Below are positions 1 to 54,284 of a DNA stretch of 64,000 bases, one piece after another. The number at the start of each line of letters is the position of its first letter. Position 1 is the first letter of the stretch. The translations under genes were made by a program, and so were the position numbers. Under the pieces are notes generated by a model that saw only the letters and a list, made by a program, of their open reading frames with translations, did no database searches and was not told the DNA's origin. The DNA lies in assembly GCA_965112155.1 (NCBI GenBank), contig OZ218103.1; one strand, 5' to 3'. This DNA comes from Podarcis liolepis. Its lineage: Eukaryota.

Positions 1-1395
1 TGTACAGTGTAATTGAGCAAAGAACAATGAATACAAATCTTTTTTTTAAGACAGGAAGTTCGCCCGTCTTTAAACACTAGCGGGAGTCCAATTTGTATTC
101 GAGTCCAACAACATTCAGATTTGGCATGTCGCCTGCCTGCTTACTCATTTCATGGGGCTACATAAATGTATTCTTCTCACGGTTAATGCCACCTGTTGGG
201 GGGCCTCTTTCTACTTGGCAAAATTTTGTTGTAAAAAATTGTTTTAATCTTGCCTGCCCCTCAGCATACTCAAGGCAGTTTACAATATGCAGTATGAGGT
301 CTCCAAGCAGAGGCCATCAGATAAGGATGCTCCAGCTCTTAATTTCCTGAAGGGAAAGTTAAACTCAGGCTATGTTACACACTATATATATACCCTTAAA
401 GCACATTCAAAGCACTATTTCCCTCAAAGAGTTCACCCTTGAGGAATCACAATTCCCAGCAGCCTAACTTAAACTAGTACCCAGAATTCTTTGAGGGAAA
501 TAATGTGCTTTCATGGTATATAGTATGTAGCTTAAGTGCCAACTCCTAGGGGCTGAGGTCCCTTCACACACACCACAATAAAATATTTGAGGGAGTTGGG
601 GCCCCCAAAGTTGTCACTAGTCACTTACTAGTCCAAAAAGTTTTTTATCTAAAGGATGTGTCAGTATTGGAGTACAGAATATTGCTTGCTCTTTGGTCAA
701 CTTGTGTTCCAGGTTTATGAACCTGGTCTGAGTTTTAGTCTGAGAACTTAAATGCCAGAAGAACATACAAAGATAAAAAAGAGGCCTGAACACCTGGCAG
801 TGCTCTAAGAACAAACAATTATGGTCTAGGGAGGCTTGAAAAGACAGCACTGCACATGCTGTAACTGCAACAGAACAGTGCAGTACTATTTGAGCTGGGT
901 GTGTCTCTTATATTCATACCAACACAGCTTCGTAAAATGAGTAAAAGAATACAACTGCATGAGCTATATGCAAAATGAACATATAAAAAACAAAGAAGCA
1001 CCATATTGCCCATTCAGAGCAATGTTCACATGTCACAGCTAAGGCTGTTGTGATACAGATGACTTTCTCCCTAATGCTACAACAACAGAACGCCAATTTA
1101 GAAGGGGAACTCAGTATCCCCTATACAACTACAGGCAGTTCAAACAATAGATCAGGCTCACAGAATGAAATGATGTTTGACTTGTCACTCATTCAGGGGG
1201 ACCTAACAGGATTAAAACCCTGTATGGTAACATCAGTAGGGATCTCTGTTGGCTGCTTAACTGGATCACACGTTTCTACAGCTTATTGTAGTGAAGTATG
1301 ACCAGGGAGGTAGGCACATTCTGTTTCACATCTCAATTCCTTAATAAGGAAGTCCAGGCAACTGCTGAGAAAATCGAAAACATCAAGTCCAAAAT

Positions 1396-1401
1396 TTTAT
1401 T
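1396..1401 (-). terminator. Candidate ZNF76 polyadenylation signal AATAAA
   Basis: First AATAAA noticed about 780 nt past the stop, followed by a U/GU-rich stretch (gatgttttcgatttt). Confidence 0.55.
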
Positions 1402-2178
1402 AAATACACATTTAGCGTCTTTTGTTATTTCAGAGAGTGAAAGAGGCAAAGAAAATGTAATACAAAGCTGTTTCTTCTCCTTGGCATGTCTGCTTCAGTC
1501 TATTCCACTTGCTGAGACTGGGAAGCAACCACAATAATTGGGGGGAAATGCATACAGCACAGCCATCACATTAATATTTGTCCTTCTCTGGTACTGTGCA
1601 TTTCAGTTCTGCTCAGAGAGTGTGTGACCGCTCCTGTGCCAACACTTTCTGCTCCCATGTATCTGAGGTAAGGAAAAGTAGAGAGCACCCATCTACCCGT
1701 AATTCCTTTTCCTGAACTTTCTATGGCTAAAAACACATTTAATGCTAAAAACTTCAAAGAGATAAATCTCCCCAGTCATGCAAGTCCCATAATCTTATGA
1801 AGGCTGTTCTAGCCCTCCAAGTAATTAAATACAAGTGTTTCCTCCAATAGCATTCAGCAGAAATTAGAAAGGTCCAGAATGATAGTGCGGATGCCACCTC
1901 AGAAAGTTAAGGGAAGGCTTTCTTAAAGAGGCCATAAAACGTGTTGTAGCACTTATAGGAGGAATATTTCTAAACCAAGTCTCATCCAATAGTTCATATA
2001 ACTTCACCATCTGTGCTTCTCAGTTATCAGGTCATTCATGCCGGACAGATGGCAGCAAATAGTAAGGGATCTCTTCAGGTCCAGAAGGATAAGCACCCAT
2101 CACTTGGCTTTTGAGTTGGAGGTTCTGAAGACTCCAGTGGTCCACCCAGCTTCAGTTGCTCCAGCTCCATGGGAGGTC

Positions 2179-13762
<11,584 letters not shown>

Positions 13763-15269
13763 TGCGCTCTGGTGGTGGCTCCTTAGACATGTATTCCACA
13801 TATAAGATGGTTCTCCATGTTAGAACTAAAACATAAACAGCAAGTTATATATAAACAACTTCTTCACATTTATATAAAAAGTAATCCGAGTAGAATTCTT
13901 TGGACAGGATTAGAATGTAAGTCTACCAAAGGCTATTTGCCATGACAAATCTCCATGTTCGGAGACAGCCTACCTCTGATACAGGTCAAACAACAGGGGA
14001 GTACTGTTGGCTTCATGTCCTACTTGTGGTTTTCCCCAAAGATATCTGGCTGGCCAATGTTGTAAACATGAGACTGCAGCTTTACTGACTCGTCAAAATC
14101 TCTTGGTCCATAAACTGGCACAACTACACCCTTAGACCCATGAAAGACAATAACTGCAGAGCAGCAACTTCAGTCTGGAGTGATGAACTGGCAGTTTGCA
14201 AACTGAATCTGGTCAATTAAGCCATTTCAACTACCCCCCCCCCCAACCTCCTGTGGTGAAACTTTAGTCATACAACTGGAAGAAACTCAGGCTAGCATTG
14301 CAAGTAGTCTCCTTTCTGTTACTGTTCCATAATTTGGGACACAAAAAGCTGCCTTATGGAGTCTTGACAATCTCGCTCTGGATTTTCTAAATTGACTGCC
14401 AGTGGCTCTCCATGGGTTTCAGGGGCTGAGGTCTTTCCCAGGCCTATATGGTGATGCCATATATTGATTGAACCTAGGACATTCTGCATGATCTGCCATG
14501 GAGCTACAGAAACTTTTTTTTTGTTTGCGCTTTTTATACATTTGTGTTCCTCTCCCCTTTCCTGTTGCCAGGAAAATAATTGGCATTTGCTAAGTAGCCT
14601 CCTGAAGGGCATCATTCCATATTCTTTGCTTAAACATACAATAAGATCAACAGAACTTGTAAGGAAGCTTTACTTTTTTGTGAAAAGCTTTAGGAAAGAG
14701 GGAAATAACAGAATTGATTTTGGTGAATTCTGTTGACCAATGTATTCCCTAAAATTTTACTAGCAGGGGTCTTGTGGTACAAATGGTATTGGACATTAAC
14801 AGACCAAGGGTTATAGATGAGAGTTCAGCAACCAAACCTAAATCACAGATGAAGTGTTAGCATTTGGATTGAAGAGATATAACTGGGGCTCCACGTAGGT
14901 GAGGGATGCTGAACTGGGAGAGATTTTACCAATCGGGAAAGGAGCTGGGAGATATTCTACAGAAAACCATCTGTGGTCATTTTTTTCTTTTCCTGGCCAT
15001 ACATTTTACCAGCACGCAGCACGCTTGATGAGAAATGATCAGGTCGCTTCATCTCTGCTTGCACGCAAGAGCCCTCGCAGAAAAGGGAGCCAGCCACCTT
15101 TCCCCACAGAATGGTAGAGTTGGAAAGGGGTCCCCAACGTCATCTATAGTCCCCTCCATGGAGAAAGAGCTCCTCTGATTTAGGCAGGCAGAAACCCAAC
15201 AGGTACAGCTTCCCCACACAGTCGGGGAGATCTCCACTCGAATTTCTGCCTGCCAAGCAGCTGTTGCAA

Positions 15270-15950
15270 GGCGCCCGGGAAGGAAAGAAAGAAAGAAAGC
15301 GGGGCTCCTACTTTTTGGGCAGGAATCTGAGGGGTAAGTCGTGCAAAAAAGGAGGGCTCTGGGACGTAGGAGGGGGCAATGGGGGCTCTGCTGGTGGAGG
15401 GGACCCGGGGGGCACCCCCTCTTTCTCTCCCAGGGTGCAGCGTCTCGGCGGAGGAGATGGAAATCTACCCCCCACAGGAGCATCTCCCCATCTCATCCCC
15501 GCCTCCCTGCCGGCACCGACCTGTGGAGGGCCGAGTCCGCCGCCTGACCGCCATGCACCAGGCCTCGCCCGCAGCCACCTGCCCTGCAACCTGTATGACG
15601 AAGCTTTATCCAGCTTCGCCAACCTGCTCGTCGTTTTTGTTATCCAGGTTCCGGGGCCCCGCCAAGGTCGCTTCCAAATCCCGGAAAAGGAAAGCAAAGC
15701 CCCACGGTGCTTGCTAGTGCGCATGCGCCGGATTCTTCGGCATGCGCAGATATCCCGGCGAAGCATCTGCCCTTCCTTCTTTTTATATACCCACCTTTGC
15801 AGGTGCGACCAAAACAAAGTACTGTATGCCCCGAAATGAAGCGAAGTCATGGGTGAGCAGCTCCCTCTGCTGGCCACATGGCGAAAACCACAGATCGAGT
15901 TCCTGTGTCTTGGTAGAACGCAAACGGCAAGAATCGCACAGCGGACATCA
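15270..15950 (-). promoter_or_regulatory. CpG island / ZNF76 promoter and probable non-coding exon 1
   Basis: Only strongly CpG-dense stretch in the window, about 1.5-2 kb upstream of the first coding exon. NRF1-type TGCGCATGCGC (15718-15728) and GCATGCGCA (15740-15748); ETS-like CCGGAA near 15681; possible donor G|GTCAGG near 15548. Confidence 0.8.
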
Positions 15951-16525
15951 CACCAGAAATTTGCTCTTGTAATTTTATTTTCAATTAGTTCACATCATAT
16001 GGTGCAAAGTCGTATTAAAGGAGAAACTACTGAAGAGGTATTTGCCATTTCACATTTTAATGCCCATTCACCTGATTTGGTGAAGATGCCACTGGAGCAG
16101 CTCATAATTCCTTTCTTGTTTTTACCACCCTGAATTATTCGGTGCGGTCAGGAAGTTTGACCAACTCAGCGCTCAGCCCTGGGCTTAGTTTTAAGGTAGT
16201 GATTGTGTTGCAAAGAAATCCTCTTCAAGCCACAAAGAATTTTTGTTGGAAAAATTAGATTTTCCTTCCCAAGTGACTTCTATTTTTTGCTGAGATTCCT
16301 GCATTGCAGGGGGTTGGACTAGATTACCCTTCGGGGTCCTTTCCAACTACAATTCTAAGTGCCATGGGCACTCATGAGATAAGTGCCACTGGTGACAAGT
16401 GGCTGTACTCCCCTCCCTTTCCATGCATGTACTGTTTTGTGTACCTTTTAGGACTCATTTACTCTACTGAAAGAAGCGCTTTCCTCACTGTAAACCTCAC
16501 TACAAACCACTTGTAGTGTCTTAAC

Positions 16526-16773
16526 CAGGGGTCAGCAAACTTTTTCAGCCGGGGGCCGGTCCACTGTCCCTCAGACCTTGTGGGGAGCCGGACTAATTTT
16601 GAAGGGGAAAAATGAACGAATTCCTGTACCCCACAAATAACCCAGAGATGCATTTAAAATAAAAGGACACATTCTACTCATGTAAAAATGCTGATTCCAG
16701 GACCGTCCACGGGCCAGATTGAGAAGGCGATTGGGCCGCATCTGGCCCCTGGGCCTTAGTTTGCCTACCCATG
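16526..16773 (+). mobile_element. hAT non-autonomous element
   Basis: Ends CAGGGGTCAGCAAACT…AGTTTGCCTACCCATG; perfect 8-bp TSD GTCTTAAC. Confidence 0.88.
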
Positions 16774-17297
16774 GTCTTAACAGTGCTACCATTTCACTGT
16801 ACACAGAATATTCAAAAAGATCAGGCACAGCTTAAAAGAATCCTCAGCATGTTCCACCTTTTCAAGTTAGGGAGTGCTCTGTTGAGGGTACCAGAACCAA
16901 CAGCCCCCGCCCCCCAAATCCTGGAGACAGCTCTGATTAAAGTGGTGGAGCTCTTTTCCAGCCCTTTAAATGAACCCTGTGTCAAGCATTAGAAAAACCA
17001 TCTTTCTTTTCCACACACAGCCCCATTGTTTCCCCAGACCTTTTATTTTATTTTTTTCTTGATGACTACTAGTCATTATGGCTATATGGTTCATCCAGGA
17101 TCACTGGTGGGATTCCTCTAAATGCCAGCTGCTGCGGAACATTGCGGGATAGGCTACGGCTCCCTTGACCTGCTTGTGCCAGTGCAAGGCACAGGTTGGA
17201 AAATGGGAGAAGAAATTAAGATGGGCAAAAAATCTCTGGGAGGCACGTGGGGGTGGGAAGGGAAAAATACAAAAGAAAAAGGCTTCTTCCGCTAGAG

Positions 17298-17434
17298 CAG
17301 ACTTCCTCAAACTCGGCCCTCCAGATGTTTTTGACCTACAACTCCCATGATCCCTATCTAAGCAGGACCAGTGGTCAGGGATGATGGGAATTGTAGTCTC
17401 AAAACATCTGGAGGGCTGAATTTGAGGAAGCCTG
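17298..17434. mobile_element. Palindromic hAT MITE (same family as 6373-6508)
   Basis: Highly similar sequence and TIRs; TSD degraded. Confidence 0.85.
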
Positions 17435-18049
17435 AACAAGAGCCTCCGGAGGTCATCTTACCTATGCAATTCCTTTGACCTGACAAAGAAGAAAGAAAAA
17501 AGTGATGTCTGCAATTTCCAGCTGACTTGCCAGACACTGCCTCCAATTTTTGACTGGCTCTGCCCCTACACCATTTTGTGGCAAGCGAGCCTCAGGAATT
17601 TTGTTGTCTCAGGTCAACATTGGGAATAGAAAGTTTAAGAACCCCTTCTCCATAACATCTAGTTTTACCCTGAAGGAGAGTTGTGAGAGGACTGCACAAG
17701 GGAAATAATTGCTGGTGGGTTATGCTTCGCAGGAGTGAAAGTATTATTTTATTGATAGGGACCATTAGTTGCTAAAAATACTGGCAAATGTTTCACTTCT
17801 CCAAAGATTATAATAGTGCTTTTGTGGATGATTGGCGTGTATATATGCTGCCCATCAAAAAGCCAGACATCAGCTGAGTCTGTGGACTGCCTGCCACTAA
17901 TCAAAATATACTAGCAGGATCAGCACTACATGCAAGGACAGCAACAACGATGTGCAAGCAACAGTAATTCTAAGAACCTATCCTAACAGGATCCATTCTG
18001 GGTATGGTCCTCTTTGCTATTAGCCCAAGTTTTAAAGCAAACTAAGGTT

Positions 18050-18133
18050 CCCTCGGCCAGTAAAGTGAGATGAGCTCCACAACCCCAGAGTCGTTCGCGA
18101 CTGGACTCAACTGTCAAGGGTCCTTTGCCTTTT
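18050..18133 (+). mobile_element. Sauria SINE 3' fragment
   Basis: Matches the same 3' tail; TSD TAAGGTT. Confidence 0.75.
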
Positions 18134-18262
18134 TAAGGTTGCAAAAATACCAATTAGGCTTTATTTTACTTCATCTGGCATAATTATGGGCCATACCAAA
18201 ATACTCAATTTTTTTTTGAGGTTTTGAAGCTCAACGAACTCTTGGTATCTTAAAGCCTTATA

Positions 18263-18504
18263 CAGTGGTACCTCGGGTTAAGTACCTAATTCGTTCCGGA
18301 GGTCTGTTCTTAACCTGAAACTGTTCTTAACCTGAAGCACCACTTTAGCTAATGGGGCCTCCTGCTGCCGCTGTGCCGCCGGAGCACGATTTCTGTTCTC
18401 ATCTTGAAGCAAAGTTCTTAACCCGAGGTACTATTTCTGGGTTGGCGGAGCCTGTAACCTGAAGCGTATGTAACTTGAAGCATATGTAACCTGAGGTACC
18501 ACTG
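18263..18504 (+). mobile_element. Tc1/mariner-type MITE (same family)
   Basis: TA|CAGTGGTACCTC…GAGGTACCACTG|TA. Confidence 0.9.
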
Positions 18505-18639
18505 TAGTGCCAAAATCAGTCAGTTTCCAGAGGGGAATGAAAGAGAGAGAAAGGAACAGAACAAAACCCTAAGCAGTAGCAATGCTATGAATTTGGAATT
18601 TACAAATAAGAGCAGTGGAAAGCACTTCTGAAAGATCAA

Positions 18640-21395
18640 CACAACACCAAGAAATTCCATTTAATAATTAAAAAAAGACAATATGAAATGCAAACTTTTC
18701 TTTTTACAAGTTCAGATACAATTTCTTTTATCAAGTGCAAATAACTTTATGGACTACACCTTTTTCATCATTTAATCATTACTTTATAGGAGATACTGGA
18801 CTGTGGATTACTGCACAATGCAATTATAAATATTTCAGCTTTGTTGTTTTAAATTGTTATATTTCCTATGTTGAGATGGAATTTTCAGCTTTTCAAACCT
18901 TTAGATTTTCTACATTTCATTAAGGATAGAATGGAAAGAAGGGCTCTAGCTAGAAGGAAAACAGGTAGAATTTCTAAGCCAAATTCAATACAAGTTTTTC
19001 CTTCAGAGCTGGCCTTGTACTTTTGCCTACACTAAGCAATTGGACGAGCATCTCCCCCTCCCCTCCCCAGATAAACAAATGCTTATATGCCGTAAGAAAT
19101 TGCTGAATATGATGACATCAGAGCCAGATATGAATTCTTAGGTGTTACTATGATGCCATATGTCCTGCTGAAGTACTGCAAAAATGTTCACATCAGAGGC
19201 AATTCAACTTCAATGCTGAGATGATTAGAGTAAATTTAATGGGGCAAATTCCGATTCTGGATCCAAAAGAGAAGAAAAGCAAACTATTAACACTCAGGCA
19301 GAAAAGCTTCAATACCACTACAGGAAACAGAGATGATCTGATCCAAGTGCAGCCTTGCAGCTTTTTAAGACACATTTCCAATTGTTAGTTTCAGGTCATG
19401 GCTCAGAGAAGGCAACAATTTCACCCATAGAAGTTGGGATTTCATTACTAGTATTTGCACTGGATTATGGATCAGTGACTGACAAGTGACCTTACAGAGG
19501 GAAGAATTAAACTGACAATGGTATACTTCAGTTTTCAAGTTAGGATTCACAACAGCTCATCTCAAAACCTGAGTTCAGTGCTGAACTCAGGCTTTGAAAA
19601 AGGGAAGACTACAGTGCCTCTGAGCAGGGGCAGAGAGCATCCCCTTCTCACTGAGAATTCATGGCTACAGCTCTGAGTTTAGGGGAAAGAGCCTTCAGGT
19701 GGACGATGCAAATTCCCAGGAAACTTGAGCCCCAGCATCTCTTAAGAAATAAGAGCCTACTGAAACATTCAGAAAATGAACTATACCACCTCAATATCTA
19801 AATGGGGAACCTCAGGTTCAAATATATCAAAACCTCCCTGCCCGTGCAAAGCTAACTTGTCAGAAAGAGTGAAGGTTAGATGACACTTTGCAAATGCTAG
19901 AAGACTTTAACACTGGGATGCATTCCAGTATGTGATCCCTAATATGCATTCTTGATATTGAATTGAATTTACTCTCAAGAGCTGCTTGTGTCCAAAAGGT
20001 AATTTCCAAGTCACTAGAAATATTCTGCGCAAGTCCTATGTCCCTTTCATTGGTTACAGGATAATCAAGGAGCTTGATCTTCAGGATTTACATTGGAATT
20101 TACTGTGGTGAGGAAAAACAAAAGATTCCAAGAGCTGAAAACTTACGTCACATTTAGTCACCATTTCCCCAAATCCTTGTCTGTATTCATTTCTGTTTCA
20201 TTTTAACACATGCACGCACACGCACACAAACACACACACATTCTCTTTTCTCAGGCAGGTATAAATATTGTAGTTTCTAGGAGAAAAAAAAACTTCCCTC
20301 TAAATAATATAAAGACAACTCAAAAATGATTGCACTTAATAATATGAAAAAGGTAGAAAGGAGAACATCCTAGTGCACAAACATTCACTCACTCCTGCCC
20401 TTCACACTGCTTGCTTTTTTTTTTTTGTCATTGAGTTACTCTTTGGCAGAGCTTATAAGAAGTCTGATCTCTCAGCTCCAGTCTCCATGGGGGAGAAATC
20501 ACATTGGAAAGTCACTTTTTACCATGTTTTCTTCCCCTTTTCCCAGACATCATTCCATGTGAGATTGTGGCTAGGCCAATGTTTTCTCTGAATGCAAAAA
20601 GTCAAGACTCCGTCACGAAACGATGCTCTTAAGTCACCAAACTTGCCATCACAAACATGGGCGATTTACTTTCACACTTCTGTGATATGTCTTTTTCTTT
20701 TACATGATCTTCCTCCCCGCAACTTACGCTTTATTTTGTCTGATCCTCTCTGCAAGACTGTGCTTGGTTTATTTTTCTCTTAAACCCCCCCCCCCAACAG
20801 TCTGATAAATAAGGCATAACCTTCCGCATTCTGGGTGTCCTTTGCCCCCAATTCTTTACGAAAGAGTTCAGCTGGACTGGTTCCACTGCTTAGAAGCTGC
20901 TCAATGTCTCCCCGTTTCTTCTGTGTCCCAGGAGTGGAGCATGATATGGTAGCAGGGGTGTTTCTATCTAGAAGCAGACAATCGTGTGCAGAGAGATGTA
21001 CAAACAGCCTCTTTGGCAGCTGCCTTGCAGCAGAAGGGGCCGTACATAATTTGCATATATGGGAGAAGGCGGAAACTGCCCTGGAGTTACAGGTCCCAGT
21101 AGAGGCCACTTGTGAAGAGTGTATCACTTACTGGGATATGTGAACTCCATGGGCTGAGACTCCAGTATGGAAAGCTCAGGGGATGGTTGCCAGCTGCTTC
21201 TTCCAAGGGCAATGCCATCAGTGAATTTGGTTTGGAGAAAAGTCAAGGGAAGACCAATGGTTAGAGTCATCTGCATAGTGAGAAAATGGGGTTTGTATTC
21301 GTAGGAAAAAGTCATTGAAAAATAAGAATTAAGTGTAAGAAAAAGTTTTCTTGGCTGTCGAGGAGCCTGGAAGGCTGGTGAAAAGTGTCACAAGG
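18640..21395 (-). other. SCUBE3: SCUBE3 3'UTR (about 2.7 kb) with candidate ATTAAA poly(A) signal at 18660-18665
   Basis: Repeat-poor, AU-rich sequence after the stop; ATTAAA followed by a GU-rich element (ttggtgttgtgttg). Other AATAAA lie near 20730, 20768 and 18160. Confidence 0.55.
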
Positions 21396-50034
<28,639 letters not shown>

Positions 50035-53000
50035 TTAAAGTATGCGTAAATACTTCAAAACTTCAGCAACAGTTCCTGAAGACTATACGAGTATTGACAG
50101 GATAGATATGAAATTTTTATAAAGTTTCTGGGTGATATTCTGTCTTCTTGTTATTATTATTTATTAAATTTGTACACTGTTCTTCATCCAAAGATCCCAG
50201 GGCAGTTCACACACAAAAAATACAAAATGGGAATATTGAGGCAAATGATTTCCCATGAACAGTGCTAGACTGAGGTATACAAAATATTCCACTTCTGCTT
50301 ATGAATGGAAATGAAACATCAAACTTTCAAAAAGAAAAAGAAAGAAAGAAAGAAAACAGAGTGCCCAATATTATCCTGTCAGATAATCTGTTTCACAGAA
50401 ATTCATTTTGTCAGCCAAAGAAATTGCAAAAAATAGTTCAGGGCACTCCTGTCAGAAAGTGTACATGGCAGAAAAGTTAAAAAGGGAATAATTGGTTTGC
50501 CACCCCCACTGCCCATCATTTCTAACAGCCATGTGAGGAAAAGAACAAGCAGACGTGAGGAACTGCCATTTCCATATGCTACTGCTCTCACCAGAAAGCC
50601 TGGGCTGCTCTTCCCCACTCAGAACCGACTGAGATGGAGCAGCAGAACCATCTGTTCTGAATGGTGGAGTAAAGAGAAGCCAGTTAGGCTCCAGAAAGCC
50701 AAACCACTCCCCATAAGATCAACACATTTCTGCCGCAGACACATCAGGGAAGGTAGGGAAACCAGGCTATTTCTCAAGGGTCCAACAAGGCCTGTTTTTA
50801 GACCCATCTGCTTCGATGTCAGTTAGTTGATATGAGAACCTGGTAACATAAGTTTGCTTGATTTCATCTTCCTTCCCCACCCTGTTTTCTTTTTATGTTG
50901 TAACTTTTTGGATTGTAGTAATTGGTAGCTACTGTTTATATATACGTATCAATATTGATATGTATGCCACTCTGGGAGCCTTTCTGGCTGAAGAGTGGGA
51001 TACAAATGCTATGAATGAATAAATACACACATACATACCAGCAGCAGACAGCATGGTGGGACTCTGCTTCTCACCTGACTTCTGGTCAGTTGTGTGGCTG
51101 GCAGTACACAGAAGGTGGAGAGGGAGGTGGTGAAGAGATTAGCACAGTGCAAACACACCAGCAGGAACATGGACTGGCTCTGCTAGTGCATTTGCACTAT
51201 GCCAAACTCTTCACCACTTCTCCCTCTTCCTCCCCACAAGCAGATGTTATGTGACCAATCTGAAGTTAGGTGACTGGGGCCACCCTACTATGCCACCCAC
51301 TGCTGTTACATACATAATCTGCCTTTGCGTACATGAACAATAGCAGCATTGGCTGGGCTTTTACTTTAATTGAATTATTCTAACCAACTCAGATGCTTGC
51401 TACTCAGGACGGGGAAGTACTTAACACACATCATTTACATCTTGACAAAATGTGCTTGCAAATCAATCTTCATTTGTTGTTCTTGCCACAAAGTACATTG
51501 CATAGAAATGGTGTAGCTTGTTAATGAAGATTCATATTTGAAAATATTAGTGACTACAGTATGTGTCTTGGGCTCTAAGGAATGTAATCTGTTTTGGGTA
51601 TTAGTGAGCAAAGAAATTGGAATGCTTTCCATCTAAAAGTGACCCATGCCTATGAAACTAAAATACTATAAACATACTTACTCAGTTTATGTAATGTAAC
51701 CCATCAAAGCAAATGTTGTACTTTAACTCTTGTAGTTTCAGGGCTGGGCCAAAGCAAAGCAAGTCACTGAAGATTTTATTTCCTCTTAAATATACTTTGT
51801 GAAAAGCATCCATGAAGTCTAGGCTTTTGGTATGCAAAAGGGCCAGTTATGGTTTGTTATGAGGCCGATAGAAAAGGCAAACAATATGTTCCAAAGGCAG
51901 CAAGAGTTCATGTTCAGGGTACCAGTGGTTACATAAGACTTTATTTTAGGGCAACACGTAATCTCTTATTCCAGAACAAGGAAGTTCAGAACAGAACGTT
52001 GTGGGTGGCCCTCATTAAGAACACTCCAGTTTCATAGAAAAGCTCCTACGTGTCCCTCTTAACATATTTAACCAGCAATTTGCTTACATACTGAAGTGAA
52101 AAAATCATAGTCTCCGTACAATTATTAGGTAATGTCACAACTATTGATAAGGTGTGTAGTTATGGAGGGCTGGTAGCTAAGACAATAGCATTTTTCTTAC
52201 AATATGATAACTAGACTATTATATAATGGTCTGAGCTGATCTTCCAACTAGGAAGAAAGGTGTGTTGAATTCTGATCATACTTTTTGAACACACATCCCC
52301 TCGCCACTTTGCCCAAACTGGGCACCTCTTTGCACTAGCACTTTATATCAGTTTCATTTACAATTTCTACAACCCTACACATTTTAGGGTGCAATCTACC
52401 TCAATTATATTTAATGGGAGCTTTAGGAGAAATGCGTCACACATTTCATTTGCACCAGTATTTTGCTAGGCACTCTGCAGGGCATAAAAGTGAAGCAACT
52501 TGCTAATTACATTTCTCCCTAAACATTCCATCACTGAAGCTGCCTCTCTCTCCCTGTCACCCTGTGACAACTCCTCCTTTCCACTCCAAGCTTACGTAGT
52601 CTAGGCGGCTTGATCTTAATAAAACAAAGAAAACAAGCAAGCCCCAAAATTTACTAATCAGCGTTTTAACGGATTATATTAGTTGCACATTCTGTTATCC
52701 AGAGTAGCCAATCTGGTGCCCTTCTAATGGCCTGGACTACAGCCCCTGTTAGCTCCAGCCAACATGGCCAGTGGTCAGAGCAGGTGAAAGTTGGAGTCTG
52801 CAATATCTGAGGGTGCCACATTGGCTTTTCTGCTGCACCCTGTAGGACAATTTTGGGGGGACACACCTCAGCACCATTAGTGCACAGTAAACTTGGTTTT
52901 TCTCTGCATGTACAAATCCACAAATACGATTCCGAGACTGATTAATTCCACTAATACAGCACACATTGATCAGTCATTTGGTTTCAGACTAAGCAATGTA

Positions 53001-54233
53001 GGTGGTTACATTCCCACTGCAATTGTGCACCTATTATAACATGCAACCTGAAATATTCAGACCAGACTGGCATAATATTTATCATTATCATCACTGTCAT
53101 GATCGTCATCTTCTCTCTTTCCAAACAGCCTAACATTTTATTCTTTAAATTTATATCCCACTCTTAGATTTACATCTATTTGCCATCTTAAACTTTGGAC
53201 GGGGTGTACCCTTAGCTGATTATATCAATAGCAGACCCACAGTAACCATTATCATATGAGGCAGATCCACAAGCACCAATGCACATATGGAACATTTTTT
53301 GTGTAAGAACGCAGTGGCCTTAAAGCAGACAGAATTTTAAAAGGTCATCAACATCCTGCGGTGCTCAGAACTTGGGGAAAATAAGATCTTTTCTGGGCCA
53401 CTGAGCCATAAGCACTAATGAGGTGTTTAACTATATTCTCGTATGCCAAGTTAGTATGTAGCTATTACATAATTAGCTATGCAATGACTGCTATACAATT
53501 AAGCTGTTAAAATGTTTAGACATTTTTAAACCCATCAACAATGAATTTTTATTTTGCATTTTATTGTCCTAGCATAGTTTTACATGATCCTTCTGTAAAT
53601 CTTTACAGTCTGTATTGAATTTAATCGCCTTGAGGCATTTTGTATTATTTGCATATGTCATTTGTTCATATTAATGAATATCTTATGCAGCACATTAAGA
53701 AACAGCAAATCACACTGTTAACCTCTCTCTATTAGGAAACGGACTAATAAGCCATATAGGAAAAGAAAATGTTGCAAATCAATAGAGACAGGCAACATGG
53801 CTCATGGAGAGAGGAAACATGATAAATCAAATGTATGATGAAATGGACTGTTATTTACAAAAGCGTACACATCACAGTGACCAGTTAGCCTTTAAGATAC
53901 AACAGCATTTTTCAATCTTCATGCTGTTACTGTGGCCAATGTTGCGCCCTCCAAATATTGTTGGACTATTAACTCCGTCCAGCCCCAACCAGCACAGCCA
54001 ATTGTCAAGAGATGTTGGGAGGTGCAGTCCAATAACATCTGGAAGGCACCATAGTGGAGGACACCAATTTACTGTACTTTCTCTTCCAAAATTAAGAGAC
54101 AGCAGAATGTCTGATATTTTCTATTCATCTTGAGTGACTATGGGGAACATGGCTCTCCAGATCTAAGAGAATCAACATGATCCACAAAACCACAAAGAGC
54201 ATGCACACATGCATGTGGGAAAAGCAAGACTAC

Positions 54234-54284
54234 CTTGCTTCTGGAGCACTACGCAGCAGATACACCAGGCTATAGCACAACTGG
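54234..54284 (-). CDS. Candidate SCUBE3 51-nt cassette exon (ASCAIAWCICCVVLQKQ)
   Basis: Acceptor cttttctgtttgttag, donor AAG|GTAGTC, phase 1-1, open frame; two TGCATG 21-34 nt downstream. Confidence 0.5.

Noticed and set aside
15049-15972. Overlapping 144-191 aa ORFs on both strands
   Set aside because: By-product of the GC-rich CpG island (few stop codons); low-complexity G/P/R composition with no recognisable domain.
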